The notes beneath the pieces are model-generated. The model worked only from the letters and a program-made list of their open reading frames with translations, was not told where the DNA came from and ran no database searches. The translations under genes were made by a program, and so were the position numbers. Below are positions 37,143 through 53,632 of a stretch of 64,000 nt of DNA, piece after piece. This DNA comes from Octopus sinensis (taxonomy: Eukaryota), in assembly GCF_006345805.1 (NCBI RefSeq), contig NC_043013.1, positions 46,128,001-46,192,000 of the forward strand, read 5' to 3'. Positions within the stretch are counted from its first letter, which is position 1; every line of letters starts with the position of its first letter.

Positions 37143-37491
37143 AAACAAACCAGCACTATATCCTCCTAACAACATATGCCTCTTCACAATCTTTACAGTT
37201 GCTTTGACGCACAAACTCTAAATCTTTGAACAAACATTAGCAAGCATTCAGTGCAATAATTTAATTCATTCTATATAAACTTCTAATAAAGGCAAATTAA
37301 AAATTTTATTTAAAACCAAGGCTTTAGTTTCTCTAACAATGGTACAATGACAGTATTTAAAATAAAATGAAATTTTGCTGATATCCTGACTTCTGAGCCA
37401 AATATCTATTGGATTCCAACAAGCAAAATGAAATATTTTCCATAAAGTGCAAAATATGTGAGAATCTTGCATTTCCAGGCCCAGTTATTAA

Positions 37492-37712
37492 CCCTTTCAT
37501 TACTGTATTTATTTTGAGATGCTCTGTGTTTCTTTCAATTATTTTAAATATAACAAAGAATTTTATAAAATAACTTAGTTATCATTAAGTTAGTGTTAGG
37601 AACATAAATTGTGACTAAGGTTTGGTGGAAGATTTGAATTCAAAACTTATGAAAACAAGACATTTATACTAAAGAGCCAGAGCCGGTTTCAGCCAGGTTG
37701 GTAACGAAAGGG
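37492..37712. mobile_element. piggyBac-type MITE
   Basis: TTAA|CCCTTTCATTAC ... GTAACGAAAGGG|TTAA. Left-end fragment of the same family at ~40342-40428. Confidence 0.85.
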
Positions 37713-37860
37713 TTAAGGTAGAGATGGACCCTCCTGCAGCGTTCAGTTTCTATTTTATTTAATGTCAGATCACCCTGAATTCAGTAAAGCAACGATAAAA
37801 AGAATTTTGGTCATAACAGTCTAATTGTTTCTCAGACATATTTTCTTTCTTTTTTTTTTC

Positions 37861-38241
37861 TTTTATTTGTTTCAGTCATTTGACTGTGGCCATGCTGGAG
37901 CACCGCCTTTAGTCGAACAAATCGACCCCAGGACTTATTTTTTGTAAGCCTAGTACCTAGTACTTATTCTATCGGTCTCTCTTGCCAAACCACTAAGTGA
38001 CAAGGATGTAAACACACCAGCATTGGTTGTCAAGTGGTGTTGGGGGGACAAACACACACACACACATATATATATATATACATATATAAGTCAGGCTTCT
38101 TTCAATTTCCGTCTACCGAATCCACTCACAAGGCTTTGGTCGGCCCGAGGCTATAGTAGAAGATACTTGCCCAAGGTGCCACGCAGTGGGACTGAACCCG
38201 GAACCGTGTGGTTGGTAAGCAAGCTACTTACCACACAGCCA
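37861..38241 (-). mobile_element. SINE family A
   Basis: Reverse complement of the family consensus. Confidence 0.9.
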
Positions 38242-39840
38242 TTCAATGTTAACTTTCTGTTTTTTAAGACTGGAGTTTGGTGAAGGCACATGGCTTAGTG
38301 GTTGGGGTATTCAACTCACAGTTGTGAGTTCAATACCTAGCAGCATGTTGTGGCCTTGAGCAAGACTCTTTAGTTCACATTGCTCCAGTCCACACAGCAG
38401 GCAAAAATGAGTTACTTGTACCTGTAATTTAAAGGGCTAACCTTGTCACTTTCTGTATTATGTGTATGTGTCTGTGGAGTACTCAACCACTTATGTGTTA
38501 ATTCCATGAGTAGGCTGTTCTGTTGATTGGATCAACTGGAACCCTCATTGTCGTAACTGACAGTGCCAATTTAAGATAGTAGTGTGTGCTATCAGGGGAA
38601 TTTTGTTGTTATCTCAAGAAGGTTGAATGACCTTGTTGAACAGGGAACTGCAATTTCTTTTTGCCTAGGCCCACTTACAATATTTTTTGGCATGCATCAT
38701 CATTTAAAATCCTTTTTCCATAGTGGCATGAATTAGACAGTGTAACGGGAGCTGGCAAACCACAAGTTTTGTTCCTTCTCATTAGGCTCATTAGGGCCAG
38801 TTTCCTGATTTCCTTGGTGTATAGGTTCCCCACCTGGATAGGACGCTGGTGAGCTGCAAGATGCAGGAGGAAAGAGTGAGAGAAAGTTGCGGCGAAAGAG
38901 TCAGCAGAAGTTTGCCATTACCTTCTGCTGGAGCCATGTGGAGCTTAGGTGTTTCACTCATAAACACAGACATCGCCCGGTCTGAGATTCGAACCCGCGA
39001 TCTCTCGACCACGAGTCCGCTGCTCTAACCACTAGGCAACGTGCCTCCAGTAAACCACAAGACCATTATGTAAATCAAATCATATCTTACAATTATATCT
39101 CTACATATCTCTCTCATTCTATCACTAACAATGTTCAAGTTAACAAACCATGACACAAAACACTATCTGAAAGCTCAATGTTTGTCTGGACACAAATACA
39201 TAAAATTTTTTTAAATTTTGAGACCCACTTGTGGGTCACAGTAGCTCACCTGTGTCCAACCCGTGGTGTAAAGGACCCTTTGTTAGCTCCTATGTTTATT
39301 AATAGAAATAACAGAGGAAGCTGTTATATCACTGACTACAAACCTATTTTGAGCAGGCTTTTCTAGAAATATTTGATTTCTGCAAGAGGAAGTCAATAAA
39401 ACTCTGTGAATTGTTTAACCCAGATCAAGCAAACCTAAGATCAAAAAAATTACATCTGTAACCATTTCATCATTTCCATCATCATTTTCATGCTGGCATA
39501 GGTTAGTTTTATTGGAACTGGTAAGCCAGAGAGCTGTATCAGGTTCCAGTCAGATTTGGCATGGTTTCTGATTGGATGCCCTTCCTAATGCCCTATAGAC
39601 AGGAAAGTCAGGACAACATAATCCAACATGTTCTTTTTCTAGCAGATCAAGCCACCATTAGAGCTGGGTTTCTCAATCAATTTTTACCTATGGACCCCTT
39701 TGATTCCTGTTTTACTCAGATGTAACCTTCAAAGCCATTCAATGCTTAAAAAATTCCTATTATGTTTTTATAATCAAATATTATTAGGAATAATTAGAAA
39801 AACAAATTGTTAAAATATTTTGTGCATTGTAGAAGTATAG

Positions 39841-40222
39841 GCGCAGGAGTGGCTGTGTGGTAAGTAGCCTGCTTACCAACCACATGGTTCCGGATTCAGT
39901 CCCACTGTGTGGCACCTTGGGCAAATGTCTTCTACTATAGCCTCAGGCTGACCAAAGCCTTGTGAGTGGATTTGGTAGACGAGAACTGAAAGAAGCCTGT
40001 TGTATATATGTGTATATATATATATAAATATGTATATGTATATGTGTGTATATGTTTGTGTGTCTATGTTTGTCCCCTCTAACATCGCTTGACAACCGAT
40101 GCTAGTGTGTTTGCATCCCTGTAACTTAGCGGTTCGGCAAAAGAGACCAATAGAATAAGTACTAAGTTTACAAAGAATAAGTCCTGTGGTCAATTTTCTC
40201 GACTAAAGGCGGTGCTCCAGCA
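39841..40222 (+). mobile_element. SINE family A
   Basis: Starts GGCGCAGGAGTGGCTG. Inserted into an hAT-MITE-like sequence. Confidence 0.9.
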
Positions 40223-41315
40223 TGTTACAGATTTGAGGTGTGTTTGTAAATATGTTATACTAAATGGTTTGATAGCATGATGGCAGTCAATTCTGGCTTT
40301 CATTCACAGTTGGAACAAATGCAAGGTTTTATAGTTAAGTAACCCTTTTGTTACTGTATTTATTTTGAGATGCTCTGTGTTTCTTTCAATTACGTTAAAT
40401 ATAACAAAGAATTTAGTAAAATAACTTAGTACTTATTCTATCAGACCCTTTTGCCGAACCGCTAAGTTAAGGGGGACCTAAACACACCAGCAAGCTGGGT
40501 CTGTATGAAGACATGAGGAAATAAAGACTAACTTGCATTGTGTTTGTGAGCATACAGATTAGAGATTTCCAACTTAAAATTTCCTTTGACCAAATTTTCC
40601 GCATTTGGCTTTAGTCAAGCCGGAGGCTACAAAAGAAAACGCTTATCCAAAGTGCCATTAGGTGGGATTGAACCTGAGATCATGTGGTTCATTGCTAAAT
40701 GAACTTCTAAACCAAACAACCCAATATATTCTGGGCATAAAAGATACTCCAATAATCTTAGGGAAATAATTATTGAACAGTGATTTTTCAATAAGCTAAT
40801 CTACATCAACATTCAACAACTAATTAACCTCTAAAATAAAATTAAGATGTAAAAAGGTTCTGAATGGTTTATAGGGATTCAGCACAATTGAGTCTCATGC
40901 ATTTAGAATGTTTTTTTCGGCCAAATTTCAGAGAAATTTTTGTAAAATATCATCATCCTCATCGTCAATGCCTGTTTTTCATGTTGGCATAGTTTAGATG
41001 GTGTGACTGGAACTGGAAAGCCAGAGAACTGCACCAGGTTCCAGTCAGTTTTTGTTTGGTCTCTACAGCTGGATGCCCTTCCTAATGCCAACCACTCAAT
41101 TCTTAACAAACCTAAATATGTACCCATAAGCTATTATCTACACGGAACCATAATTGTCGTCTTTCTCCTCCTGTAACTTCTTGCTACGGCACCAAACTGG
41201 CAACAAGTTTCTCTACATTGTTATACCAGTTTGCTTAGCTATGTTTGATGGTCAGTGATATGAAGAGGTCAATGGAAAGAAAGGAAAAAAAAAAAGTGAA
41301 AAATATTTAAATTCA

Positions 41316-41332
41316 TTTATTTACTATTTATT
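41316..41332 (-). terminator. Candidate distal polyadenylation signals for the - strand gene
   Basis: Two AATAAA on - (plus-strand TTTATT at 41316-41321 and 41327-41332), followed on - by a T12 run about 20 nt downstream. Confidence 0.3.
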
Positions 41333-41772
41333 AACGATATAGAATTTTTGGAAAAACTTTTTTTTTTTTTTTTTGTTAACAGGCAACTTTCATTCAAGGA
41401 GATGGCTGTCCTAGCAACCCACAAATGGCATGATAGTAGTGCTAACTACAAATGATGGCTTGATAGGAAGAGATAATGATTCAGTTGGCAAAATTTGAAA
41501 TAGTTATCAAAATAAACAAAGTCACTGTAGATTTGAAGAAAAGGTACTGAGATGGGAAATGAAGTGAAGGAAGGAAAAAAAAAGAGAGACTAAAACTCCC
41601 AGTTTTAGTTTGGTTTATTACTTTCCTTTGTGAACTTCTTAAGAGACATAAATACATAATAACAAAACCTAAATTAGCAAAAAGGTATTGCCACAGTAAT
41701 GAATTGAAACTACACGCATGCATCACACTCACATACATATCTACACACACATAGTTATATATATATATACAT

Positions 41773-41821
<49 letters not shown>

Positions 41822-42370
41822 TACACACATGCACATACACACGCACACATACAGACACTCACATACATATCCTTTGAAAGCTTGAATGAAAAATAAATGT
41901 AAATAGGCAGGACAAGTAACCAGAGGAAGAGGAGGAGGCAGTAATGAACACAATAAAAACAAGAGAAACTCATTAGGAATGTTAAAATTCTTTCTGCATC
42001 GCTTCAAAAATAGATTGTAAAATAATTGAAAGTAACATTTCAATTCATTTTTCTTCTTTTTCTTTTTTTTTTCGTAATATTTGGAGCAAAGACAAACCTA
42101 TCTGTAGCAGACATTTTGTATTCTTTGGTGCAGGGTAATATTAGTAGATGGGACCAATGGGGTTTGTGATGGGCTGTCCAGTCCTAAGCCTGTGCTAAAT
42201 AGCACCCTAGTAAGTTTAAGTACCATGTAGAAGAACAGGAGAAGTTTCATAAGAGTAATAAAGGGTTTGACTAGTTTTCATGGATGTGGAAATGTTCCTG
42301 AGATTAAAATATAATTAGTAGAATAATTACATTAGTACTGAGAAGAAAACAATGAAAATATAAAAGACAG

Positions 42371-45279
42371 AAAACAAAAAGAACTATATAGTTGTGTTAG
42401 TGCAAATGAGATTTATCTAATGAAATATTTTTAGAATGGCAATGGAAACTTTAAAAAGTTGGATGACAAAATAATATTTCTTCTTTTTTTTTTGATTTTG
42501 CTTTCCTGCAATGTGGACAAAGCAATAATTCAAAGTTATAAAATGAAATAACATTCATTGGCATTTCTAATTTATCCTAATGTAGGGCAACGTTGGAAAG
42601 ATGCCAGTAAAACTGGAACTAGAAGGTGGGGACAGATTAAGTTAAAAACTATTTAAATCCAAATTAGAAGATTTTTCTAAATCACTGATGTGAACAAAGT
42701 GAGAGAAATGATATTATATGAAATAGTTTTTCCTAGATAGACAAAATACCAGAAGAATCAGCAGTGTGGAAAGAATAAAACTAAGAAGTTGTAATAGATA
42801 TTTAACACACTTCTGTTTATCTAGTGGTATAGAAATTCCTTACTTCTAGTAGTTTACCTGAATGTATGATGATGATTCTTATAGCTCCTGTTTGATAGGG
42901 TGAATGAGTATGAAATAAGGGTCCAACACTCATTACATAAGGAAAGAATTAGAACAACATTGGCATAGAGAAAAAAAAAATCTTGAATTAAATTCGAATA
43001 TTGGTTTCAAATTTTGGCACAAGGCCATCAATTTCAGGGAGGGGTCAATCAATTACATCAACCCCAGCCACAACTGGTACTTATTTTATTGACCCTGAAA
43101 GGATGAAAGGCAGAGTCAACCTTAGTGGAAGTTGAACTCAGAACATAAAGACGAATGAAACGCTACTAAGCATTTTTCCTGGCTTGCTAATGATTCTGCC
43201 AGCTTGCCACCTTTAAATTGATTTCAATATTGAAAATAGTTAAATTTTAGGTAACATTTTCAATGCTCCCTAAAATATTTCATAAACAGAAAGTAAAGAG
43301 ATAAACTAAAATCTCCTGCTTTGTTTGTTGGAATATTATAAATATGAAGGTTTGTTAAATATGCCAAACAGTTAGAACAAATTAAATTGTATTCTGACTA
43401 GGAAATGTGTGAAATCAAATGAAGACATTTTCAAACCTTTTAGCATCCTAACAAATAAATTTAAAGTATTTTGTTGACTAGTAAATGAATGTATCAGATA
43501 AATGGAGAGTTTTCTCTGGAGGCCAGCAAGACTCAATTGGAGAAAAAGTAATTGCATTTTTTCCCCTGTTTAAAATTGTTGAAGGAGATGTTTACGATGT
43601 TTTATAGAAATATAAAAGTGAAAATACATATTCTGTGTATTTAGAAATTGAAACATTAGTTCTATTTTTAAGGAGTATCTAAAATATTGCAGTTAAAGAA
43701 CCCTGCCGAAATGGTTTTCTTTGTCCCTTTTTTATTTCTTTATTGAGATTGTTTTTTGTATACCAAAACATTATCTAGAATTATCCAAACCTTTAAACAG
43801 AATAATAAATTAAAGAAAAACAAAAAGAACTATATAGTTGTGTTAGTGCAAATGAGATTTATCTAATGAAATATTTTTAGAATGGCAATGGAAACTTTAA
43901 AAAGTTGGATGACAAAATAATATTTCTTCTTTTTTTTTTTGATTTTGCTTTCCTGCAATGTGGACAAAGCAATAATTCAAAGTTATAAAATGAAATAACA
44001 TTCATTGGCATTTCTAATTTATCCTAATGTAGGGCAACGTTGGAAAGATGCCAGTAAAACTGGAACTAGAAGGTGGGGACAGATTAAGTTAAAAACTATT
44101 TAAATCCAAATTAGAAGATTTTTCTAAATCACTGATGTGAACAAAGTGAGAGAAATGATATTATATGAAATAGTTTTTCCTAGATAGACAAAATACCAGA
44201 AGAATCAGCAGTGTGGAAAGAATAAAACTAAGAAGTTGTAATAGATATTTAACACACTTCTGTTTATCTAGTGGTATAGAAATTCCTTACTTCTAGTAGT
44301 TTACCTGAATGTATGATGATGATTCTTATAGCTCCTGTTTGATAGGGTGAATGAGTATGAAATAAGGGTCCAACACTCATTACATAAGGAAAGAATTAGA
44401 ACAACATTGGCATAGAGAAAAAAAAAAAATCTTGAATTAAATTCGAATATTGGTTTCAAATTTTGGCACAAGGCCATCAATTTCAGGGAGGGGTTAATCA
44501 ATTACATCAACCCCAGCCACAACTGGTACTTATTTTATTGACCCTGAAAGGATGAAAGGCAGAGTCAACCTTAGTGGAAGTTGAACTCAGAACATAAAGA
44601 CGAATGAAACGCTACTAAGCATTTTTCCTGGCTTGCTAATGATTCTGCCAGCTTGCCACCTTTAAATTGATTTCAATATTGAAAATAGTTAAATTTTAGG
44701 TAACATTTTCAATGCTCCCTAAAATATTTCATAAACAGAAAGTAAAGAGATAAACTAAAATCTCCTGCTTTGTTTGTTGGAATATTATAAATATGAAGGT
44801 TTGTTAAATATGCCAAACAGTTAGAACAAATTAAATTGTATTCTGACTAGGAAATGTGTGAAATCAAATGAAGACATTTTCAAACCTTTTAGCATCCTAA
44901 CAAATAAATTTAAAGTATTTTGTTGACTAGTAAATGAATGTATCAGATAAATGGAGAGTTTTCTCTGGAGGCCAGCAAGACTCAATTGGAGAAAAAGTAA
45001 TTGCATTTTTTCCCCTGTTTAAAATTGTTGAAGGAGATGTTTACGATGTTTTATAGAAATATAAAAGTGAAAATACATATTCTGTGTATTTAGAAATTGA
45101 AACATTAGTTCTATTTTTAAGGAGTATCTAAAATATTGCAGTTAAAGAACCCTGCCGAAATGGTTTTCTTTGTCCCTTTTTTATTTCTTTATTGAGATTG
45201 TTTTTTGTATACCAAAACATTATCTAGAATTATCCAAACCTTTAAACAGAATAATAAATTAAAGAAAAACAAAAGAACT
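42371..45279. repeat. Tandem duplication of a ~1447-bp unit
   Basis: Anchor GAACT recurs at 42381, 43827 and 45275. Differences I found are homopolymer lengths and one substitution. Confidence 0.95.
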
Positions 45280-48200
45280 GCATATATTTCTTGGAAACCA
45301 GACATTTATGGAGAACATACATGGACATGTTTCATAAGTTCTGTGTGTATTTCAGATTGCAGTCATCACAAATGAGCTGTAGATTTTATACACAAAAAAA
45401 AGTGGGGTGGAGACAAATAAGGGCAATAGAATGGAGAAAAGGGGCTACTAATGAAACTGAAGCAGAATAGAAATTGTAAGGAACTGAAGAATAATAATAA
45501 AAAAAAAAAACAGAAAAAAAAAAAATTAGGGATTTTGCAGGATCAGCTGCAAAAATTGGAAATAGATAATCACATACAATGAATGGATAAAGCAATTTTG
45601 ATGTACCTCCACTTCTTTTTAACAACTAAAGCTTGAGCAAATATAACAATGTACCTTCTCTCTCTCTCACCCCACCAACCTATACATATATATGTATATA
45701 TATACATGTATATATATATATATACATACACACATATACATATATATGCAATATAGATATATATATATGTACACACTCACACACACACATACATATATAT
45801 AATGTTTTATGTACAGATTAATTGACAAAAACAAGACAAAATTACTGTCAATTGTAATATGATGGAGTAAACCCTCCGATTCTGAGATTTTCCTGTAGGT
45901 ATTAATGATTGTTCCAACAGTGACTAACTCTGCTGCTGTAGAAAATGAATTCAGAACATTTCACTTTGATCTCTGAAATATCTTTTTAAAGAACAACACT
46001 AATTTTTTGTTTTTTTTTCCAATTAATTCAAGTTGGTGAGTTGACATAACTTTCACAAGTATACATGACATGTGATGAAAATTGAAGTAGAAATAGATTT
46101 GACATGGAGAAAAAAAAAAAGAAAAAAAAAGGAGCTACCAATCTTTGACAAGTTAGTTCTAAGAAAAATAATCAAAAAGAAATATTTTAACATGAATTTT
46201 TTTTATATAATATAGATATTAGCAGATGTAGAAAGAAATTGTATTATCATTTTCCAATTATCAACTTTGATGGGTTATAAAACATTCTGTAGTGATCTGA
46301 TGTAATGTTACTTGGAGAGAGGAATGGAAGTCAACAAGTACCTTCCTTGAAGGTAACACAACCTGACCACAGTTTCATTCTGCTTCTACATATTGTTTAC
46401 TTTTTAATAAATTGAATTTTAAAAAAATAATAAAAAAATTCCAAAAGAATAGCCATGCTTTAATTTCTTTTGAATGATAAATACATAATTAAAACCCTAA
46501 AAATAATCAGTAAAATACTTGTTGTTAAGGGCCCATCAAAATTTGTGCTTAAGCTGGATGTGTTCTTTTATAAAGAACCCTTTTTATAAGACGATAAAGT
46601 TAGGGGAGGAAAAAAGAAAAAAAAAGGAAAGAAACTAAGCAAATAAGGAGTTAAGTGAGAATTTAAACTAAAGTCAAACTGACCTCTCCCCGCCCCAATA
46701 AAAAAAATGTTTGGTTAAACTTTTTAATGTGGTAAAACGGTAAGCTAAACACAAAGTATTTTTTATCAATGTACCATGACCGCAAGTATAGTAATACTGC
46801 AAGCCTTCCATAATGTTTTATGAGATAGATCAACTGGCAAATCTCAGGAATGCATTTACATATTGCCATAGTGATAAAGTAGAGATGAACTTTTGGAAAA
46901 AAAGTTTCATTGTTGAATGATGTAAATTTTTACAATGAGTCTTAGTGGAGTGTGTATATATATATGTGTGTGTGATGGTGAAATGAGTCAATTTTGTGTA
47001 ATGGTCACAATGAAAAATATTAAGATGATAATAATGAGAATGGTTCTCTAGATATTTGTTTTCCATTTTCTGCAACCTAGCAGCCAAAATGACATATGAT
47101 GTATTATTATTATTATTATTATTGTTATTATTATATTATTATTATTATTATTTTTCTTTTAAATATTTTAAAACTCTCTCACACCTTCACAACAAACTTG
47201 TTGATGATATTGGAAAATTCTCTACATAGAGACAAGGAGATTTAAGTAAATACTTTGTCAAAGTAGGCTTGGCTTAAAATTCAGTTGACATTTGAGCTAA
47301 GGAGGGATTCTTTGGAGTCTTAGATATTGTAAATAACGAAGGTGACTAAAGCAAAGTGGTAAAATGAGATGTCTGATATTGAAACGAAAACAGAAGTTAT
47401 GTTCAGTTGTGCCATCTTTAATATAATCATTCGCTTTATTGGATGGCAAACTAAAATAATTTTTTTTTTTTTCTTAAAAAATTAAAAAAAAAAGGGGAGT
47501 AAATGGTTATCTGATTAAAAAGGAATTCATGAAAGCCAAAGCCTGAGAGAAAAGATTTCTATTTTGGTGGAACACAAATTATAGAATGGTTGGTTTCAAC
47601 CTGCAGGTATTCCTCAACCAAAGAGCAGACTCCCTTCTCAGGAAATGGTTGACAATCCAAAAATAAGAGAAAAATATTCGGCAAGATTTCGCTTTAGCTG
47701 TATTTTTTAATTTTTTTTTTTGAATTTACATAGTTTTTTTTTTATCAAAGAAATGTTGATAAACTGAGAATTATCCAAGTAAGATGGAAGAAATTAAAGA
47801 TGTAGTAGGAGATATTTGTATCAAGGGTGTTGTAAGAGGAGCGATAATTAAATTTGATTAGTTCTCAATTCCATTTCTTTGTTTTAGTAAAGTCAGAAGT
47901 GAAAAAAAAAAATAATAATAAAAATAAAAATTAGCTATAAATAGGAGTACTTTCCTTAATTTTAGTAAAGGGTTGAAGCCATACCTATGATGTACCTTTC
48001 AATTCCAAATATCTACCAGAGAAGAAAGAGCAGATCAATAGCTATCGCTTAATGTCGGCATTGTTTAAACAATAGAGAGAGAGAGAGAGAGAGATGACTG
48101 GATGTATCTCCAGGGGCAGAATGGACGGTCTAGTTAAGAAAAGTAAAATTGAATCAGCAGATATATTTGACAGCTTAGTTGAAAATAAAGGTTTTGTCAT

Positions 48201-51200
48201 CATATTGAAGATAGGGAGGTGGGGTGGGGGTGGAAAGTGGGGCAGGTAATGGCCCTTTTGCAGAAGTACAAATATTTTGATTTATTATAGATTTATGAGC
48301 TGATAGACTCTGGGGAGGTGGGGGAACCTCATTTTAATATTAACTAAAAGACCTTTCAACAGAGTAAAAACACCAAATAATAATTAAAAAAAACAACCAA
48401 ATCCTGATTTCCTTTAACATTCTAAGCTAGATGAGAAAATTTCAACAAGAAAATAGTGAATTATCAGATGTTTTGTTGTTTTTTTCTTTCTCATCTTCAC
48501 TGAGCTAAACAGAACTTATCTTGTACGATAAAGATTGTGCTTTTTCTTTTTTGTCAAAGAAAATTATTAAATTCCATATTTGCTAGGCATGAACAGGAAA
48601 TTAAATACAAAACACGAGTGAAAATATTGATGAAAGGTAATAGAAAGAAAATAATTGCTTTATTAATACATCTTTTTAAAGAAGCTTGAAATTAATTAGC
48701 TCATCTACAACTAAGCAAATAAACAGCCAAGAAACAGGAGGTGTTAGGAAATGCTGAGAATCAGAAATTTCGGGATGTGGGGGCGGAGAACCCTCCCCGC
48801 CGAAGTATCTAATTACTGAGAAAGAAGAAATAATTATGTAATTTCTAAAACTAGGTAAAGTCTATCCAGTGTAGTTTCATTTACCATTCAACTTTTGAAT
48901 ATGCCTTAATCATCAAACGATAAATCTCAGTCAGACGAGGCAACCTGGGAAATAAATAAAAATATTAAAAAAAAACAAAAAAAACAAAACTGAACAGCAG
49001 CAAATAAACTTAGCTTCATGTAGAGACTTAATCTGTGAAGACTACTTATTGATCAATAGCTCCTGAAAGTGGTCTCAAAAAAGAATAAAGACCTATTTGA
49101 CAGAACTGGACGGATACCTAATTGAGAAAATTGACAAGAAAAAGGGAAAGCAAAGGAAGAGAGAGAGAGAGTTGGGGAGAAAAAGCAGAGGAAGGGTTAA
49201 GTAAAAGAAACAAAAAGAGCTGAACAGGTTGGCTTCCTGATTTTAACAATGGAACTGATATAAATACCATTCACTCATATCCTGATCAATGACCAACTAG
49301 AAGAAATAAATGCGTCACTCCTACAATAAATTACTCTGACAGTATTAAAAACTCATCAGCTTAATGGCTGGAACATAGCATTAATTTGTTCAAAAGAAAA
49401 ATAACCTAAGAAGATTTGAAAAAGAATTATATCATCTCGTATAGTGCCAACATGAGATCTGTCAAGAAGATAGATTTTCTTTATTAAGTAAAATTAAAAA
49501 TTAATAGGATTTCATCAACTGAAAGAAAGAAAGAAGAAAACATTGTGTTGAATAGAAATGTGTAGGTGTCATCTAACTGTTGTGGTAATAGTGACTCGTT
49601 GCAGCTAAGAATAGAAACAGAATAACTCAAAGAAAAATTTCAATTGATATATACCGAAGACCAAATGTGTTAAATGTTCAGTAAGAATTAAAAAAAAAAA
49701 AAATCAACCGAACTAATTTGAATTGTTTGACTTCAATCTAGCATAAATATTTGATTAATTCTGTAATAGCAGTAGGATTTTAGCCTATTTCAGAATGCAA
49801 TTAAATATTTTAAACATTAAAATTCATTTAAGTATAAAGTTGCCAAATTTCTTTTAAGACACTGAAACACGTTCAGTTTCAGAAAAGTGTGATGACAATG
49901 TGTAAATACCTTTGTTACATTATATAAGATTATAATCAAATCTTAAGTGTTGTATGTCAGCAAATCTCTCAAACTCACATTATTTAGGAAAAGAAATACA
50001 TAACCAAATATCTTTTAGTGTTTCATCAGTCTTATGACAAAATCCACAAACTGTGCAGATATTCAGACTGAAATACATCTTATTCCAGTTGTTTGACAAT
50101 ATAAAGGAGCAAAGAGATGCTACTGTAAGTACTAATTACTGTATCAGAGAGGCTAGCATAATAAGTCTAGAAAAAGGTAGTTCAAAGTTCAAAGTGTTAA
50201 ACTCCAGATCTAGATATCGTAGAAAGAATAATTTACTCAAGAAATAAATGAGACCTACAAAAAGTAAATACAGAATTCATTAAATTGTGGGGTATTTGAT
50301 GAAAAGTAGGAGTGGCCTTAGTCTATACTAGTAGCTAAAATAGTATTGGAAAAGATCAATATGACCCTTGTATTTCAATGCGTCCAATTCTTTTGAGATT
50401 TGAAGCAGAGTTGAATTAAGCATAAAAAAAACTGACAAGACAGAAACTGAAACGTATGTCCAGAGAAAGCAAAAAGGATGGAAAGGTTTGTGGAATAAAA
50501 TATCAAATGTTATGACGATGGATTCAACCCATGACCATAAAAGGAAAGTATTTATTTTTATAAAGTTTCTCCCAAAACTTCTTGCAGTTTGTAGTTAAAA
50601 AAATACTGACGTTTCACGGAACCTAAAAGAACAGAAGAAATATCTCTAATGTTTTATTGTTTTACTGAGCAGTTACTGTGTGATGTTGAAAGTGTAACGA
50701 GTAAAAAATATATATATAAAAAAAAAAAAAACGAAAAGTCTGTTTCTGTTGGTCAACGTTAAAATGACAGTAAGAGAAATAATCGTTTGTGGTAAATTAA
50801 CTGTAGTTAAATTTAAAGTTAATAATTAGTAGAAGAAAAATTAAAATTGTAAAACTATACAGAAATTAAACTAAAAGCATGACCAAAGAACAATAAATGG
50901 TTTGTCCACTGTTGTGGTCAGTTGAAACCAAACAGAGAGAGAGAGATAGGAAGTCGTCGAAAATTACTGAGGTATTTATTACTATTTCTCTGTTGAGAAG
51001 AGGACAAATGGAAGTGATGCATTGGTAAAAATGCAGCCGGAAAAAGGGGGCAAAAAATAAAACCAGAAAGAAAGGAATGATTCTTGTACCAAAATAGATT
51101 GCTGATAAGTATTTGCCAAATGCCTTAAGTTAGATAAATGATTAAAATAAAACAAAGATTTAAAGGAAAGAGAAGAAAATAAAATATCTGGCATTAAAAT

Positions 51201-51276
51201 ATTATGTATTTTTGATTGGAATAATCTTGAAAAACTATTCTATATTTTTTGAACAGAAACAAAACTATGTCTATAT

Positions 51277-52260
<984 letters not shown>

Positions 52261-52852
52261 TGCGAATGTGTTTGTATAAACTTTATTAACTACACCTATT
52301 TAATCCATGCTGAGTTTCCTGGTGGAAGTTGGGGGAACCATCAGTGAAACCAGTGGATGATTTTAATGGTATATGGTTTACTGTGTATGGAGAATACAGA
52401 TTTATACCAAATTCTATACACTTCCCTGCAAGAACATACTGACCACTAAAAAAAATTTTTTTTGCACATACAAAACAGAAACTCACACATCATGTGTGTG
52501 TGTGTGTGTGTGTGCGTGTGTATGGGTTTGTGTGTGTTTGTGTGTGTGTGTGTGCTATCATCATCATCATCATCATCATCGTCGTCGTAATTGGATGGGT
52601 TTTCTCTAGCAGAGCATCTCGCCACTCGTTGCAGTTCTTTGTGAGGTTCAGCCTTTTGAGATCAAGCTCCCCTGCTTCCAACAGCTCCCTCTTCTGCAGG
52701 TTTCTTCTTCTTGGATTGCTTAGAGCGCTTGGCAGTCCTTTACAAAACTCTTATTTCCTGTATGCATCACATGCCCATATCAACTTTGTCTTCTCTCTTA
52801 CACGCTACATATGAATATCTCTTATACAAAGCTTAAATACACACACACGCAC

Positions 52853-52889
<37 letters not shown>

Positions 52890-53245
52890 ACCACACACAC
52901 AGACACACACCACACACCACACATATATATACATATACAAATAGATAGATAGATGTATGTATTTGTAGATATGTGTAGTTGTGTTAATTAGCAAGAGATA
53001 TTAATTAGCTTTTGAAATAAATGACTGTATGCAGCTTGAAATAAGGGGAACTTTTTTTCTCTCGTTTCTTTTGTGAACAGAACCACTGAAGAAACATGCC
53101 CAGCTGAATGAAGGAAAATAAGGGAAGGATTTTGAAAGAAATTCCTGAAATAATAATAAAATGCCATCTATTACAGGTCTAGCAGTTAAGTGGAAATAAG
53201 GAGGAGGTAGGAAAGGGACATTTCTACTGTTGTTTTTCTTTATTG

Positions 53246-53302
<57 letters not shown>

Positions 53303-53578
53303 AAATATATTTCTTTGCTTTATCACCAAACAATTATCTACTTTGCTCTCATCTCTTAAGATTGGGCCGTCATGCCATCTTACTAAATAGGAATTCACAC
53401 AACATCTGCATGCCTTCCCAAAAAATAAATATGAAATTATGTAGTAAATATATTATCTCCTGTTAAAAATATATCATACAAGCATTGCACATACATAGAC
53501 CAAATATTTTTTGTTTTTGTTTTGTTTTGTTTAGAGTTTTTTTTTTTCCCATTCTCTTTCACCCACAACAGTCAGCTT

Positions 53579-53632
<54 letters not shown>

